From: an uncultured bacterium
GTDB lineage: Bacteria > Macinerneyibacteriota > Macinerneyibacteria > Macinerneyibacteriales > DSCS01
Length of the DNA stretch: 26,654 nt
Direction of reading: 5' to 3'
NCBI GenBank assembly: GCA_964548195.1
Contig: CAZJQC010000005.1
Coordinates: 1-26,654, forward strand
Position numbers and translations under genes: made by a program. Of the stretch, positions 18,691 through 26,654 are shown in pieces (within the stretch, counting starts at the first letter, position 1; every line of letters starts with the position of its first letter). Under the pieces are notes generated by a model. It ran no database searches, was not told the DNA's origin, and was given only the letters and a program-made list of their open reading frames with translations.

Positions 18691-19168
18691 TCTTATCAAA
18701 CCTCCGCCGCAGATGTTTTTCGACATTAGGGGTGACAAAGTTGTGAAGTTCCGCTCCCATCGACGCAAGTTCCCTGACAACGGAAGAATTAAGATACACA
18801 TATTCCAGGGAAGGCATCAAATAGATGGTCTCAAAATCCTCGTCAAGTTTACGGTTTGTGAGGGCGATCTGCATCTCATATTCAAAATCAGATATGGCGC
18901 GCATGCCCCGTATTACCGCTTCGACATTCTTCTGTCGGGCAAAATCCACCAGCAGCCCGTCATAAGATTCAACCGTGATGTTCGGATTGTCTCCAAACAG
19001 TTCCCGGACCATCATGACCCGTTCGTCGATGTCAAATAACGGCGTCTTTTTTTCGCTGAGAGCCACCGCCACTATCAGTCTGTCAAAGAGTTTAAAGCTT
19101 CTTTTGATTATATCCATATGCCCTTTTGTTATGGGGTCGAATGTTCCGGGATATATACCCACGCGCAT
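18680..19168 (-). CDS. coaD: Phosphopantetheine adenylyltransferase
   Basis: YPGTFDPITKGHMDII, IRGMRAISDFEYE and NSSVVRE. Confidence 0.97.
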   Translation of the reverse strand: MRVGIYPGTFDPITKGHMDIIKRSFKLFDRLIVAVALSEKKTPLFDIDERVMMVRELFGDNPNITVESYDGLLVDFARQKNVEAVIRGMRAISDFEYEMQIALTNRKLDEDFETIYLMPSLEYVYLNSSVVRELASMGAELHNFVTPNVEKHLRRRFDKSGT

Positions 19169-19169
19169 G

Positions 19170-19727
19170 TCAGCTCCTTTTTTTCAAAAACCAGAGTGTG
19201 CTGTCCGCAATCTTTCTTTCTCTAATAATATCCCATTTTTCGTTGTTTTTAAACGAATATTTTTTCTCCGTCTCACAGGCGATCATCCCTTCATCGTCGA
19301 GTATAAGGTCTATCCGGGTCTCGCCAATGACCCTGTTGAGATAATCATTCCTGAACGGAGGATCCATGATAATGAGGTCGAATCTTCGGCCTCCCGCCGC
19401 AAGCCTTTCCACAGCATCAAAGACATCCGCCGTGATCACAGATGTGCAGCCTTCAACACCGAAATCAGCGATGTTTTTCCCGATTATTGAAAGGCTTTCC
19501 CGGTTGTTTTCCACAAAAGTCACATCCGCGGCGCCCCGTGACAAGGCCTCAAGGCCAAGATTGCCGGTCCCCGCGAAGATGTCAAGCGCCCTCATACCCG
19601 AGGGAACGACATGGTTCTCTATTATGGCGAAAAAGGTCTCCTTGACCCGCCCCAATGTGGGGCGGAGATTCGGGATCTTCAGGGAATGGATCTGTTTTCC
19701 TCTAAATCTGCCTGCTATTATCCTCAC
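19170..19727 (-). CDS. rsmD: 16S rRNA m2G966 methyltransferase
   Basis: MRIIAG, LRPT, LDIFAGTGNLGLEALSRGA and DPPF. Canonical rsmD-coaD pair. Confidence 0.95.
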   Translation of the reverse strand: MRIIAGRFRGKQIHSLKIPNLRPTLGRVKETFFAIIENHVVPSGMRALDIFAGTGNLGLEALSRGAADVTFVENNRESLSIIGKNIADFGVEGCTSVITADVFDAVERLAAGGRRFDLIIMDPPFRNDYLNRVIGETRIDLILDDEGMIACETEKKYSFKNNEKWDIIRERKIADSTLWFLKKRS

Positions 19728-19743
19728 GAAAACCCCGGATCTT

Positions 19744-20241
19744 TCAAATATCGTCTTCTATCGGGTTCAGGAGCACGCCTTTTTCAGAAAACACGAACGT
19801 CTTCATGGTATCGCTGTAGGTCCATTTGTCCACGGTCCCGTATACGTCATCGTCTTCCGCATCTCTGATCTGACCGGGCTCTCCGTATTTGATCCATATC
19901 CTGCCCTTGTCAGTGAACATCCCCTTTGTCAGATACCCGAAATTCATGTTGGCATATTTCACTCTGTTGATCTGCTGTCTTTTGAACGCCGAGGATTCCA
20001 TCCCCAGTTTCACCGATATTTGCTCTACTTCGGCGGAAAACATCATGTTCCTCTTATCCTGCGGAGCCGCGATGATGGCATTCATCCTCTCCGGAGTCGA
20101 CCAGTACAGCAGCGTCTCAAATATCATACGGCCGGCCCCGTCATCAATACCGCCGTATATCTGCCTGTACGAAAGACAACCTGTCAAAGAAAGAGCCGTC
20201 ATCACAAAGATCAGGTAAAAGACTATTATGCGTGGCCTCAT
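19744..20241 (-). CDS. Lipoprotein with divergent GWxTD-like domain (copy 2)
   Basis: Lipobox LTGC and RVKYANMNF...KGMFTDKGRIWIKYGEP...WTY. ATGA overlap with the upstream gene. Confidence 0.75.
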   Translation of the reverse strand: MRPRIIVFYLIFVMTALSLTGCLSYRQIYGGIDDGAGRMIFETLLYWSTPERMNAIIAAPQDKRNMMFSAEVEQISVKLGMESSAFKRQQINRVKYANMNFGYLTKGMFTDKGRIWIKYGEPGQIRDAEDDDVYGTVDKWTYSDTMKTFVFSEKGVLLNPIEDDI

Positions 20242-21161
20242 TCAGCCGCCTCTGCGGGCTCCGGCTTATCCGCAAGCCTGAACAGCCTCGAAAACTCCCG
20301 TGTCTCGCCGCTGATGTCGTCAATAAAGGTCACTCTGAAACTGTACACACCCGGCGTGGCAGTGGAAATGTCCAGAAACACCTGCTGATTGCCGTCAAGA
20401 GAGGCGTTATCGGCTGTCATCGAGTCCGAAAATATTTCGATCTGCGACAGCTCGTGCACCAATGCATATTTGATCGTAAACGCGCCTTTGAGAGTGTTGT
20501 CTCTTTCGGCAATGTGATAATACTCAAAATAAAATCCGACCGCTCTGTTTTTGTCGTAATACCTGTCGATGGTGGGCACAAGATACATGCCGCGGCGATA
20601 AAACTGCCTGTCATTTACCGTGTTAAGGCTGTATATGAATATCGGCTCGGTGATGTCAAGTTGGATGTTTGCCATGTCTATTGTATTATAGCTTTTGATC
20701 AAAGCGGATGCATTCTCGCCTTTGTTCCCGTTTACGGCAAGCTGCAGGTCGGAATAAACGCCTTTTTCAATGCTGAGCGTCTTTACAAATATGCCGTCAC
20801 CCTCGGGGCTCAGATAAACAGCGGAGCGTTTGAACTTGAAGGATTCTTCATACTTGTAGCCCATGTCATCCTTGCCGCGGATCGACACGTGAAACTGATC
20901 GCTTTTGATGTTTTTAAAGTCCTTGATCTGAAGGATGACATCAAAATCAAGCTTCACATAGCCTTTGCCGAGAGAATCGAACAACTGATAATACACGTCA
21001 AAATTGCCGTCCATCTTGTTTGATGCGCAGCTGTCCTCATATAACTTGACAGTCTCCGCTATCTTTGCTTCCCTTTCCTCTTTTGATTCAAAAGTGATCT
21101 CATCGGCAAAGGCGCCGAGAGCAAAAAAGATACATAATAAAAGAACAGATATGCGTTTCAC
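20238..21161 (-). CDS. Secreted beta-rich hypothetical protein (copy 2), paralog of 21717-22685
   Basis: Signal peptide ending in AFA. Shares DGN, GYVKL, DDMG, EGxGIF, EKGxYS, GNKGExASA and GFYFEYYH with the upstream paralog. Confidence 0.8.
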   Translation of the reverse strand: MKRISVLLLCIFFALGAFADEITFESKEEREAKIAETVKLYEDSCASNKMDGNFDVYYQLFDSLGKGYVKLDFDVILQIKDFKNIKSDQFHVSIRGKDDMGYKYEESFKFKRSAVYLSPEGDGIFVKTLSIEKGVYSDLQLAVNGNKGENASALIKSYNTIDMANIQLDITEPIFIYSLNTVNDRQFYRRGMYLVPTIDRYYDKNRAVGFYFEYYHIAERDNTLKGAFTIKYALVHELSQIEIFSDSMTADNASLDGNQQVFLDISTATPGVYSFRVTFIDDISGETREFSRLFRLADKPEPAEAAE

Positions 21162-21181
21162 GTCAATTCCACCTTCCTTTT

Positions 21182-21195
21182 ACATTTTACCATAA
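21182..21195 (-). promoter_or_regulatory. Extended -10 promoter element of module copy 2
   Basis: TTATGGTAAAATGT (TGn-TAAAAT) is 13/14 identical to the element upstream of copy 1. No good -35 box. Confidence 0.55.
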
Positions 21196-21202
21196 CCCGC
21201 GT

Positions 21203-21748
21203 CTAATTACCCAAGCGGTCATCTTCCAGATTGACCAGCATATATTCCCCGGAGGTCTCATCGACAATAAATATGAACTCAACGCCATACTGCGAGTATT
21301 TCCACTGTTCGACCTCGCCTATGCCGTCTTCCTCCGTCTTTTTCGTCTCATCGGGTTCGCCGTATTTGATGTAAATACGGCCCCGGTCCGTAAACATGCC
21401 TTTTTTATACGTGCCGAAACGCATGTTCACATGTCTGACACGCATAAGCTGCTGCTTTTTAAAGGTGTTTACATCCAGTCCGCGGTCTTCCGCGATCTTT
21501 TTGACTTCGTTTTCCGCGGATATGGCCATTTTTTGGCCTTCCATCTCAAAAATAGCGTCAAGCCGGTCCGAATCCACCCAGTATATCAGATACTCAAAGT
21601 ATTTCTTTTCGTTCACATTATCTATTTTTCTGTAGACTTTTACATAGGATGTGCATGCGGTAAGAAACATGAGAAGCGCGGCTGTAAAAGCCGCGCCTGA
21701 TACACGTGAAAATGCCTTATTCGCCCGAATTTTCCGTAGGCTCATCAT
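21203..21748 (-). CDS. Lipoprotein with divergent GWxTD-like domain (copy 1)
   Basis: Lipobox LTAC and RVRHVNMRF...KGMFTDRGRIYIKYGEPD...EQWKY. Overlaps the end of the upstream gene. Confidence 0.78.
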   Translation of the reverse strand: MMSLRKIRANKAFSRVSGAAFTAALLMFLTACTSYVKVYRKIDNVNEKKYFEYLIYWVDSDRLDAIFEMEGQKMAISAENEVKKIAEDRGLDVNTFKKQQLMRVRHVNMRFGTYKKGMFTDRGRIYIKYGEPDETKKTEEDGIGEVEQWKYSQYGVEFIFIVDETSGEYMLVNLEDDRLGN

Positions 21749-22685
21749 GTTTTTCTTCCTTTACCTTGAAGAACAACTCCCTTTCAAATTTCAAACCCGA
21801 CATATTATCGGTAAAAGTAAAGTTGACCCTGTAAATCCCGGAAATCAGAGAGCTTACATCGGGGAGATACATAATATAGTTCCCGTTTGCCTTGACTTCG
21901 TTCTTTTCCTCGCTTTTCGAGAAGACTTCCGTGTCGGTAGGCGCAAAGGTGATCTTATAATCAACGGTATAACTGCCTTCCTCATAAAGCGCGTCCACTG
22001 ACAGATGATAGTATTCGAAATAGAAACCGAACTGTTTGTTCTTCTCGTAATACCCGTTCAGGTTCGGGACGATAAAATAATTCCTGCGGAAAAACTCATT
22101 GCGCTGTACGCCGTTTATGTCGGACACAAAAAAGGTGTCGGACAGTTTGGGCTTCAGGTCGCTCAGCTGCAGAGTCGCATAGGTGTCCAGGACAGCGGAA
22201 GCGGATTCACCCTTGTTGCCGGTGATCTTGATCTCCACGCCGCTGTATATGCCCTTTTCGAGGTTGAAGTTCAGCAAAAAAATGCCGCATCCCTCATTGT
22301 TGACATATGCATCGCTTTTCTTTACTTTCCACTTTTTATTCACGGTGAATCCCATGTCATCCTCACCGCTGAAAGAGACGGTAAACCTGTCGCTTTGAAC
22401 GGCTTCATAATCCGATATCTGGAGTATGAGGTCCACGTTGAGCTTGATATAGCCCTGGCCCATATAGTTAAACACTTTATAAAAACCGTTTATGTTCCCG
22501 TCCAGCCTGTCCAATGTGGCTTCGTACTTGGAAGTCTCCTCAGCCAGCCTGGCCTCATACTGCTCCATGGTCATCTGCGGGTTTTCCGCAGAGTCTTCAG
22601 TGCTGTCCGGCGATGCCGTGACATCCTGTGCGCTCACAATCGCAGAAAACAAAAATATCATAACAACAAGCATGAATTTTTTCAT
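21717..22685 (-). CDS. Secreted beta-rich hypothetical protein (copy 1)
   Basis: Start at ATG 22685 (MKKFMLVV..., signal peptide) behind GAGGAG. The motif LSDTFF...FFRRNYFIVPN...FYFEYY resembles the beta-sandwich region of long GWxTD proteins. Confidence 0.8.
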   Translation of the reverse strand: MKKFMLVVMIFLFSAIVSAQDVTASPDSTEDSAENPQMTMEQYEARLAEETSKYEATLDRLDGNINGFYKVFNYMGQGYIKLNVDLILQISDYEAVQSDRFTVSFSGEDDMGFTVNKKWKVKKSDAYVNNEGCGIFLLNFNLEKGIYSGVEIKITGNKGESASAVLDTYATLQLSDLKPKLSDTFFVSDINGVQRNEFFRRNYFIVPNLNGYYEKNKQFGFYFEYYHLSVDALYEEGSYTVDYKITFAPTDTEVFSKSEEKNEVKANGNYIMYLPDVSSLISGIYRVNFTFTDNMSGLKFERELFFKVKEEKHDEPTENSGE

Positions 22686-22707
22686 AATATCACTCTCCTC
22701 GTCGAAC

Positions 22708-22735
22708 ATATTACCATAATATTACTTTTTGTCAA
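22708..22735 (-). promoter_or_regulatory. Sigma70-type promoter of module copy 1
   Basis: TTGACA (22735-22730), 16 nt, then TAATAT (22713-22708) preceded by TGn. Confidence 0.6.
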
Positions 22736-24278
22736 TTTGCTCAAGTCTGTCTACCGTTGTTTTCTTAAAAAATGCTATGGTAGACTCAAAGACCCGGACG
22801 GTCTCGTCGGTAAGCTCCAGCCCTTCGACCGTCTTCCAATAATCAAGGACGGTCTGGTATACTCGCATCTGGTGAACGGCCGACAAAAACCTCGAAGTGT
22901 AAGTGACGAGGGTGATCTCCCTGTGAGTGTCCTCACCGTACGTCATCGCCACTATGTAATTGCCCTTCCACTGCATCACGGGCAGTACCGTGCCCACTTC
23001 GGTATCAAGATACTTTTCAAACTCCGCGTATTCTTCCGGGACATGCCCTTTGTAGATATTCGTGGAATAGCGCAGCTTGCTGATATTGTCCTTCATATAG
23101 GATTCAAAAGCCTTTTTTGTATTGTATTTTGCGGCTATCTGAGTCGCGTATTCATAACTCGGCATGATCATGATCGCGAACTGTTTGGACGTGACCATCT
23201 TAAATTCTTCCGTATCATACAATTTCTCGATCTTCTCCGCCGGTATATCCTTGACGGATAGATTGGCCAGCACGTTGTCATACCATGCGCTGAATATATA
23301 GTTTTTAAACAGTTCGTCGGCGTTTTTCGTGATCTCCTTATCCACAGCCATGGCTTCGGCCTCCAAAGCCGCAAGCATATCCTGCAGTGTGGATTCCACG
23401 ATGGGGGCTACCGATGTCATTGTAAGCTGAGCCTTGAGAAGCGGGTTCTGCTGTTTTTTGACGTCCATTGCCGCCAGCATCTCATTTTTTGTCACGATGC
23501 GGCCGTCGATGCTGAACATGGGGGTCTCCGGGTCCTTTGAAAGGAAACCCATATAATTTTCGGAATAATATTCGACATTGTACTTTTTCTTCAGTTCTTC
23601 AAAGAAGATATACTTCCTGTAATCCATAAGGCCCATATTGAGCAGTTTTTTATTGTTTTTGATCGCAGAGACGTCATGGTCTTCTTTTTTAAGTATCTTT
23701 ACGATATGATAGCCGAACGGGTCCCTGATCATCACGGGCTCGCCCACTTTTAAGGTATTCATGACATAATAGAAATGCGATGTGACCTTGTTTGTGGACA
23801 GATCGATCTTGTCAAGTATGCCCTGCCTTGTCCTGGTGGCAGTCTCAAGCGAATATTCCGCCGCGAGCTGGCTGAAGCCGTCAAAGGATTTAAGCTTTTC
23901 ATACTCAAGCATGACCTTGTCGGCCACATCCTTGTCCGTATGAAAAATATGCTGAATCGTATAGCTATACGGTATTATTTTCATATATTCACGTTTAACA
24001 TTTTTGATTTTTTTGACTATCTGCCTGTTGAACAAAGCGACTTGTTTTGCTTCTGTCACGGATTCCTGATATTTTTGATTCTCCCGCACCTTGAATGCGT
24101 CGAGATCCACGATCGCCTCTTCGATGCTTCCCATGATCGCTTCAGGATGTTCCTTGAAGGCGTATATTTTTTTACCGTCATATTTGCCGACAAAAAAACC
24201 CTTGTCTTTCGATCCGCAAGCGGTGAAAAGCAATATAAGAACTGCCGTTATCATTATGGCGGTTATACTCTTTCTCAT
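22722..24278 (-). CDS. Lipoprotein with parvulin/PpiC-type peptidyl-prolyl isomerase domain (SurA/PrsA/PpiD-like chaperone)
   Basis: Lipobox FTAC, QHIF, FSQLAAEYSLE..T..RQGILD and IRDPFGYHIVK. A possible second, degenerate rotamase-like segment lies near the C-terminus. Confidence 0.75.
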   Translation of the reverse strand: MRKSITAIMITAVLILLFTACGSKDKGFFVGKYDGKKIYAFKEHPEAIMGSIEEAIVDLDAFKVRENQKYQESVTEAKQVALFNRQIVKKIKNVKREYMKIIPYSYTIQHIFHTDKDVADKVMLEYEKLKSFDGFSQLAAEYSLETATRTRQGILDKIDLSTNKVTSHFYYVMNTLKVGEPVMIRDPFGYHIVKILKKEDHDVSAIKNNKKLLNMGLMDYRKYIFFEELKKKYNVEYYSENYMGFLSKDPETPMFSIDGRIVTKNEMLAAMDVKKQQNPLLKAQLTMTSVAPIVESTLQDMLAALEAEAMAVDKEITKNADELFKNYIFSAWYDNVLANLSVKDIPAEKIEKLYDTEEFKMVTSKQFAIMIMPSYEYATQIAAKYNTKKAFESYMKDNISKLRYSTNIYKGHVPEEYAEFEKYLDTEVGTVLPVMQWKGNYIVAMTYGEDTHREITLVTYTSRFLSAVHQMRVYQTVLDYWKTVEGLELTDETVRVFESTIAFFKKTTVDRLEQIDKK

Positions 24279-24307
24279 TTCGGTGAACTCCTTCCGGTTT
24301 AGAGGAT

Positions 24308-24340
24308 AAAAGGGGGAGGGGGGATTCCCCTCCCCTTTTT
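24308..24340 (-). terminator. Intrinsic terminator (possibly bidirectional) after the PorV-like gene
   Basis: Stem GGGGAGGGG (24313-24321) / CCCCTCCCC (24327-24335), flanked by an A-tract and a T-tract. Confidence 0.8.
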
Positions 24341-24351
24341 AAGGTTCGATA

Positions 24352-25440
24352 TTAGAAATTGAACCCTACTGAGAACACATGTGAGTCGTCAAGATCCTCA
24401 TGTGTCTTATAGGCATAATCAAATACCATTGCGTAGCTGTCCGAGACATTGGCGACAATGCCGGCGCCGGCGGAATACCTGTTTGTCCAGTCTTCTTCCT
24501 GGTAAACGATATAGCCGCCTCTGAGCGCGAACTCAAAGCCGTCAAGGCCGATGTACTTGTATTCCATACCGAAGTTGAAGGATTCTTTCTGATCATTGGT
24601 CTTGTATATCGAAGTATACAGCGTACCAACGTGATCATCAAGATCGCTCAACAACGCGGAATCGGCACCCATGAAGTCGCCGCTAAGTGCGACAACTATC
24701 TTGATGGGCGCGCCGAATTCCTTGGTATTCATCTCAACGGCTCTGTCAGGATCCGTTGTAGAGGGAATATCGTCACCGGTGGTGGTGTCGGTAAGCAGCC
24801 AAAGGTCATTACCGTTGAATTTTGTATCGGCGCCGAAGTTCTCCAAGATCGCAGCGATCTTGATATTCGAGAACTGAAGGCGATAAAGTGTGGACACGTC
24901 AAAGAGCATTGTCGCAGCTGCAGTGTTGTATATCTTCTCTTCAACGTATTTGACTTTCATACCGATTGAAAATCTTTTGGTAACGCGGTAGCCCATACCG
25001 GCTCCGATTGCCATGTCATGATACTCATATTCCACGCCTGTTCCGTCGGGAGCATCCAATGTGGTGATCTCGATGGGATCCGTGCTAAGGTACTGTGCCA
25101 TGACGCCCAATGCGATTCTTTCGCTGACCTTTGTTGATATGGCAAAATTGCTCAGATCAAACAGGCCGTCATAAAGAGCCATATTGGTATAATACATGGA
25201 AGTACCATCTATGTCAGCTATTTCCGATACGTTACCGAACATCGCTGCCGCGGTAATATCATTACTGTATACAGCTTCACCGAGAGCCGCTTGCTTGGCT
25301 GTTGCAGGAAGCTTCAGGAAAGAAAAACCGGACATACCTCTGTTATCCGTGTCTTTCTGCCCCGCAGGATCGAAATCAACCGCATAGGAAAGCGTGGCAA
25401 AGCAGGCGATTATCAAAATTATTACGCTTAATTTCCTCAT
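24352..25440 (-). CDS. PorV/PorQ-family (UPF0164-like) outer-membrane beta-barrel
   Basis: Signal peptide, FSFLKLPATAKQAALGEA...AMFGN hatch motif, alternating amphipathic strands, ALRGGY, FDYAY and C-terminal SVGFNF. ATG at 25440 lies behind GGAGGAG. Confidence 0.82.
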   Translation of the reverse strand: MRKLSVIILIIACFATLSYAVDFDPAGQKDTDNRGMSGFSFLKLPATAKQAALGEAVYSNDITAAAMFGNVSEIADIDGTSMYYTNMALYDGLFDLSNFAISTKVSERIALGVMAQYLSTDPIEITTLDAPDGTGVEYEYHDMAIGAGMGYRVTKRFSIGMKVKYVEEKIYNTAAATMLFDVSTLYRLQFSNIKIAAILENFGADTKFNGNDLWLLTDTTTGDDIPSTTDPDRAVEMNTKEFGAPIKIVVALSGDFMGADSALLSDLDDHVGTLYTSIYKTNDQKESFNFGMEYKYIGLDGFEFALRGGYIVYQEEDWTNRYSAGAGIVANVSDSYAMVFDYAYKTHEDLDDSHVFSVGFNF

Positions 25441-25454
25441 ACTCTCCTCCATTT

Positions 25455-26654
25455 CTATCTTACGACAGCAAATGTGCCTTTTGTCTTGCCTAAGTCAGAT
25501 TCGATCACGTAAATATACATACCGGGAGCAATTTCCTGATTATATTTAGTCAAGAGATCCCATGATGCCCAGGCAAGACCGTTATCATGTGCGATCTCCC
25601 TAAGCAGGTCGCCGTTGATATTGAAGATCTTGATAGTACATTCACCGGGAATGTGGTTAAATTTGACTTCAGAAACTTCACTGTACGTATCCCAGCGTGT
25701 TCCAACGAACAGCGGGTTAGGTACAACTCTGACCTCGTCGAGGTTCTCAACCGGCGAAGAAGCGGGGACAATGTCAAATTTATTGTCGCCTGCGGCCGCT
25801 GACAGTGAACCGGCGTAGTCCTGAGCCTGTACTGTATATTTGTATTCATAACCGAATACGTTGTCTGTGATGATTATCACGTAAGACTCTGCAAGGGTCT
25901 CGTCGTCGTTCATCCTGAATCCGATCTTGAATACAAGGTCGGGATCGCTTTCGATGATCACGTTGCCGTAATTATCGGGCTGCACCCATATGATGTGATT
26001 ATTCGCATAATCGGCATCCTTGATAAAGTAGGATGACAAGACACTGGGAGCAACGGCTTCTATGTACTCATAGAACGAATATATACCCGCGGGATCGCCC
26101 CACCAGTAGGGATCGTTCAATGCATAGAGATTAAGAACAGTCGCATAAGTAGCGCCGTCATAACGTTTGATGATATAATTGGCGACTATGAAATCCTCCG
26201 ACAGCTGTGTGATGAAGGATGATTCCGAATTACCCATGATCTCAAGCTGTATGGTCTGGTTTTCAAATCCGTAGAGAGCCGACCATCCCTGTGTAGCAAG
26301 CATAACGGGACGGATAGGCGCAAACTTGGGCGCAAAGCCGTTCTCATACAGAAGCTCCAGAGAGTCGTTAAGTTCCATGGCCGCATCATATGTGGCTTCG
26401 CCTTCCTGAGGATAGTCGTAACCATCCCAGCCTTCCTGCGCGCCTTCGATCGCGAATATGGCGAACACAAGATTCGCTTTTTCCGCGGGCGCCAGGGAGC
26501 CCATATACCATCCGAGGGTGGAAGAGGCGCTTCCGCGTCTGTATCCGCCGCCGTATGAAGGATCAAGAGTGCTTCTCCAGTAATAATAGAACTCGGAAGC
26601 ATTCTCAAGATGATCGGGTTCGTAACAGTAATTGATACGTCCGGAGACCATCAT
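25455..26654 (-). CDS. Large secreted protein with T9SS type-A-like C-terminal sorting domain, 5' part outside the window
   Basis: Frame is open to the window edge. The C-terminus LDEVRVVPNP...FNHIPGECTIKIFNINGDLLREI...WDLLTKYNQEIAPGMYIYVI...GTFAVVR is preceded by an FN3-like YEYKYTVQAQD segment. Confidence 0.78.
   Translation of the reverse strand: MMVSGRINYCYEPDHLENASEFYYYWRSTLDPSYGGGYRRGSASSTLGWYMGSLAPAEKANLVFAIFAIEGAQEGWDGYDYPQEGEATYDAAMELNDSLELLYENGFAPKFAPIRPVMLATQGWSALYGFENQTIQLEIMGNSESSFITQLSEDFIVANYIIKRYDGATYATVLNLYALNDPYWWGDPAGIYSFYEYIEAVAPSVLSSYFIKDADYANNHIIWVQPDNYGNVIIESDPDLVFKIGFRMNDDETLAESYVIIITDNVFGYEYKYTVQAQDYAGSLSAAAGDNKFDIVPASSPVENLDEVRVVPNPLFVGTRWDTYSEVSEVKFNHIPGECTIKIFNINGDLLREIAHDNGLAWASWDLLTKYNQEIAPGMYIYVIESDLGKTKGTFAVVR

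Noticed and set aside
18691..18801. N-terminal extension of AroB overlapping coaD
   Set aside because: A GGAGG SD at 18701-18705 points to a start at about 18690, so the extension is an artefact of taking the longest ORF.
19366..20388. 340-aa plus-strand ORF (likewise 4511-5449, 5894-6670, 10414-11286, 17980-18729, 20232-21023)
   Set aside because: All lie fully antisense to better-supported minus-strand genes and show no domain signatures.
22005..23261. 418-aa plus-strand ORF
   Set aside because: Antisense shadow of two well-supported minus-strand genes, with no recognisable motifs.

Overview
Gene-dense bacterial chromosomal segment with every credible gene on the minus strand. It is probably from a diderm lineage with FCB-type envelope features (inferred from gmhB, a PorV/PorQ-like barrel and a T9SS-type C-terminal domain). 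In transcription order (right to left) it holds: a partial secreted protein with a T9SS type-A-like C-terminal domain; a PorV/PorQ-family barrel; a terminator; a parvulin-type PPIase lipoprotein; and two tandem copies of a two-gene module (secreted beta-rich protein plus a small lipoprotein with a divergent GWxTD-like 'GMFTD' domain). A tightly coupled housekeeping run follows: rsmD, coaD, aroB, a D-2-hydroxyacid dehydrogenase, eno, a REC-GAF-HD-GYP phosphodiesterase, a RuvX/YqgF-CoaE fusion, rho, rpmE, prfA, prmC, hslU without adjacent hslV, SpoIID/LytB, queA, a TrmH-family methyltransferase and gmhB. Next come a separately promoted PTS-EIIA + CPA2 antiporter + PII-like module running into xerD, an apparently leaderless orphan gene, tmRNA (tag ADENLAYAA), an unexplained ~180-nt rod-like structured element (6S-RNA-like), and a partial DUF486/DMT membrane protein gene. 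No mobile element or CRISPR array was seen. All calls come from reading the sequence and recalled motifs, and no database searches were run.
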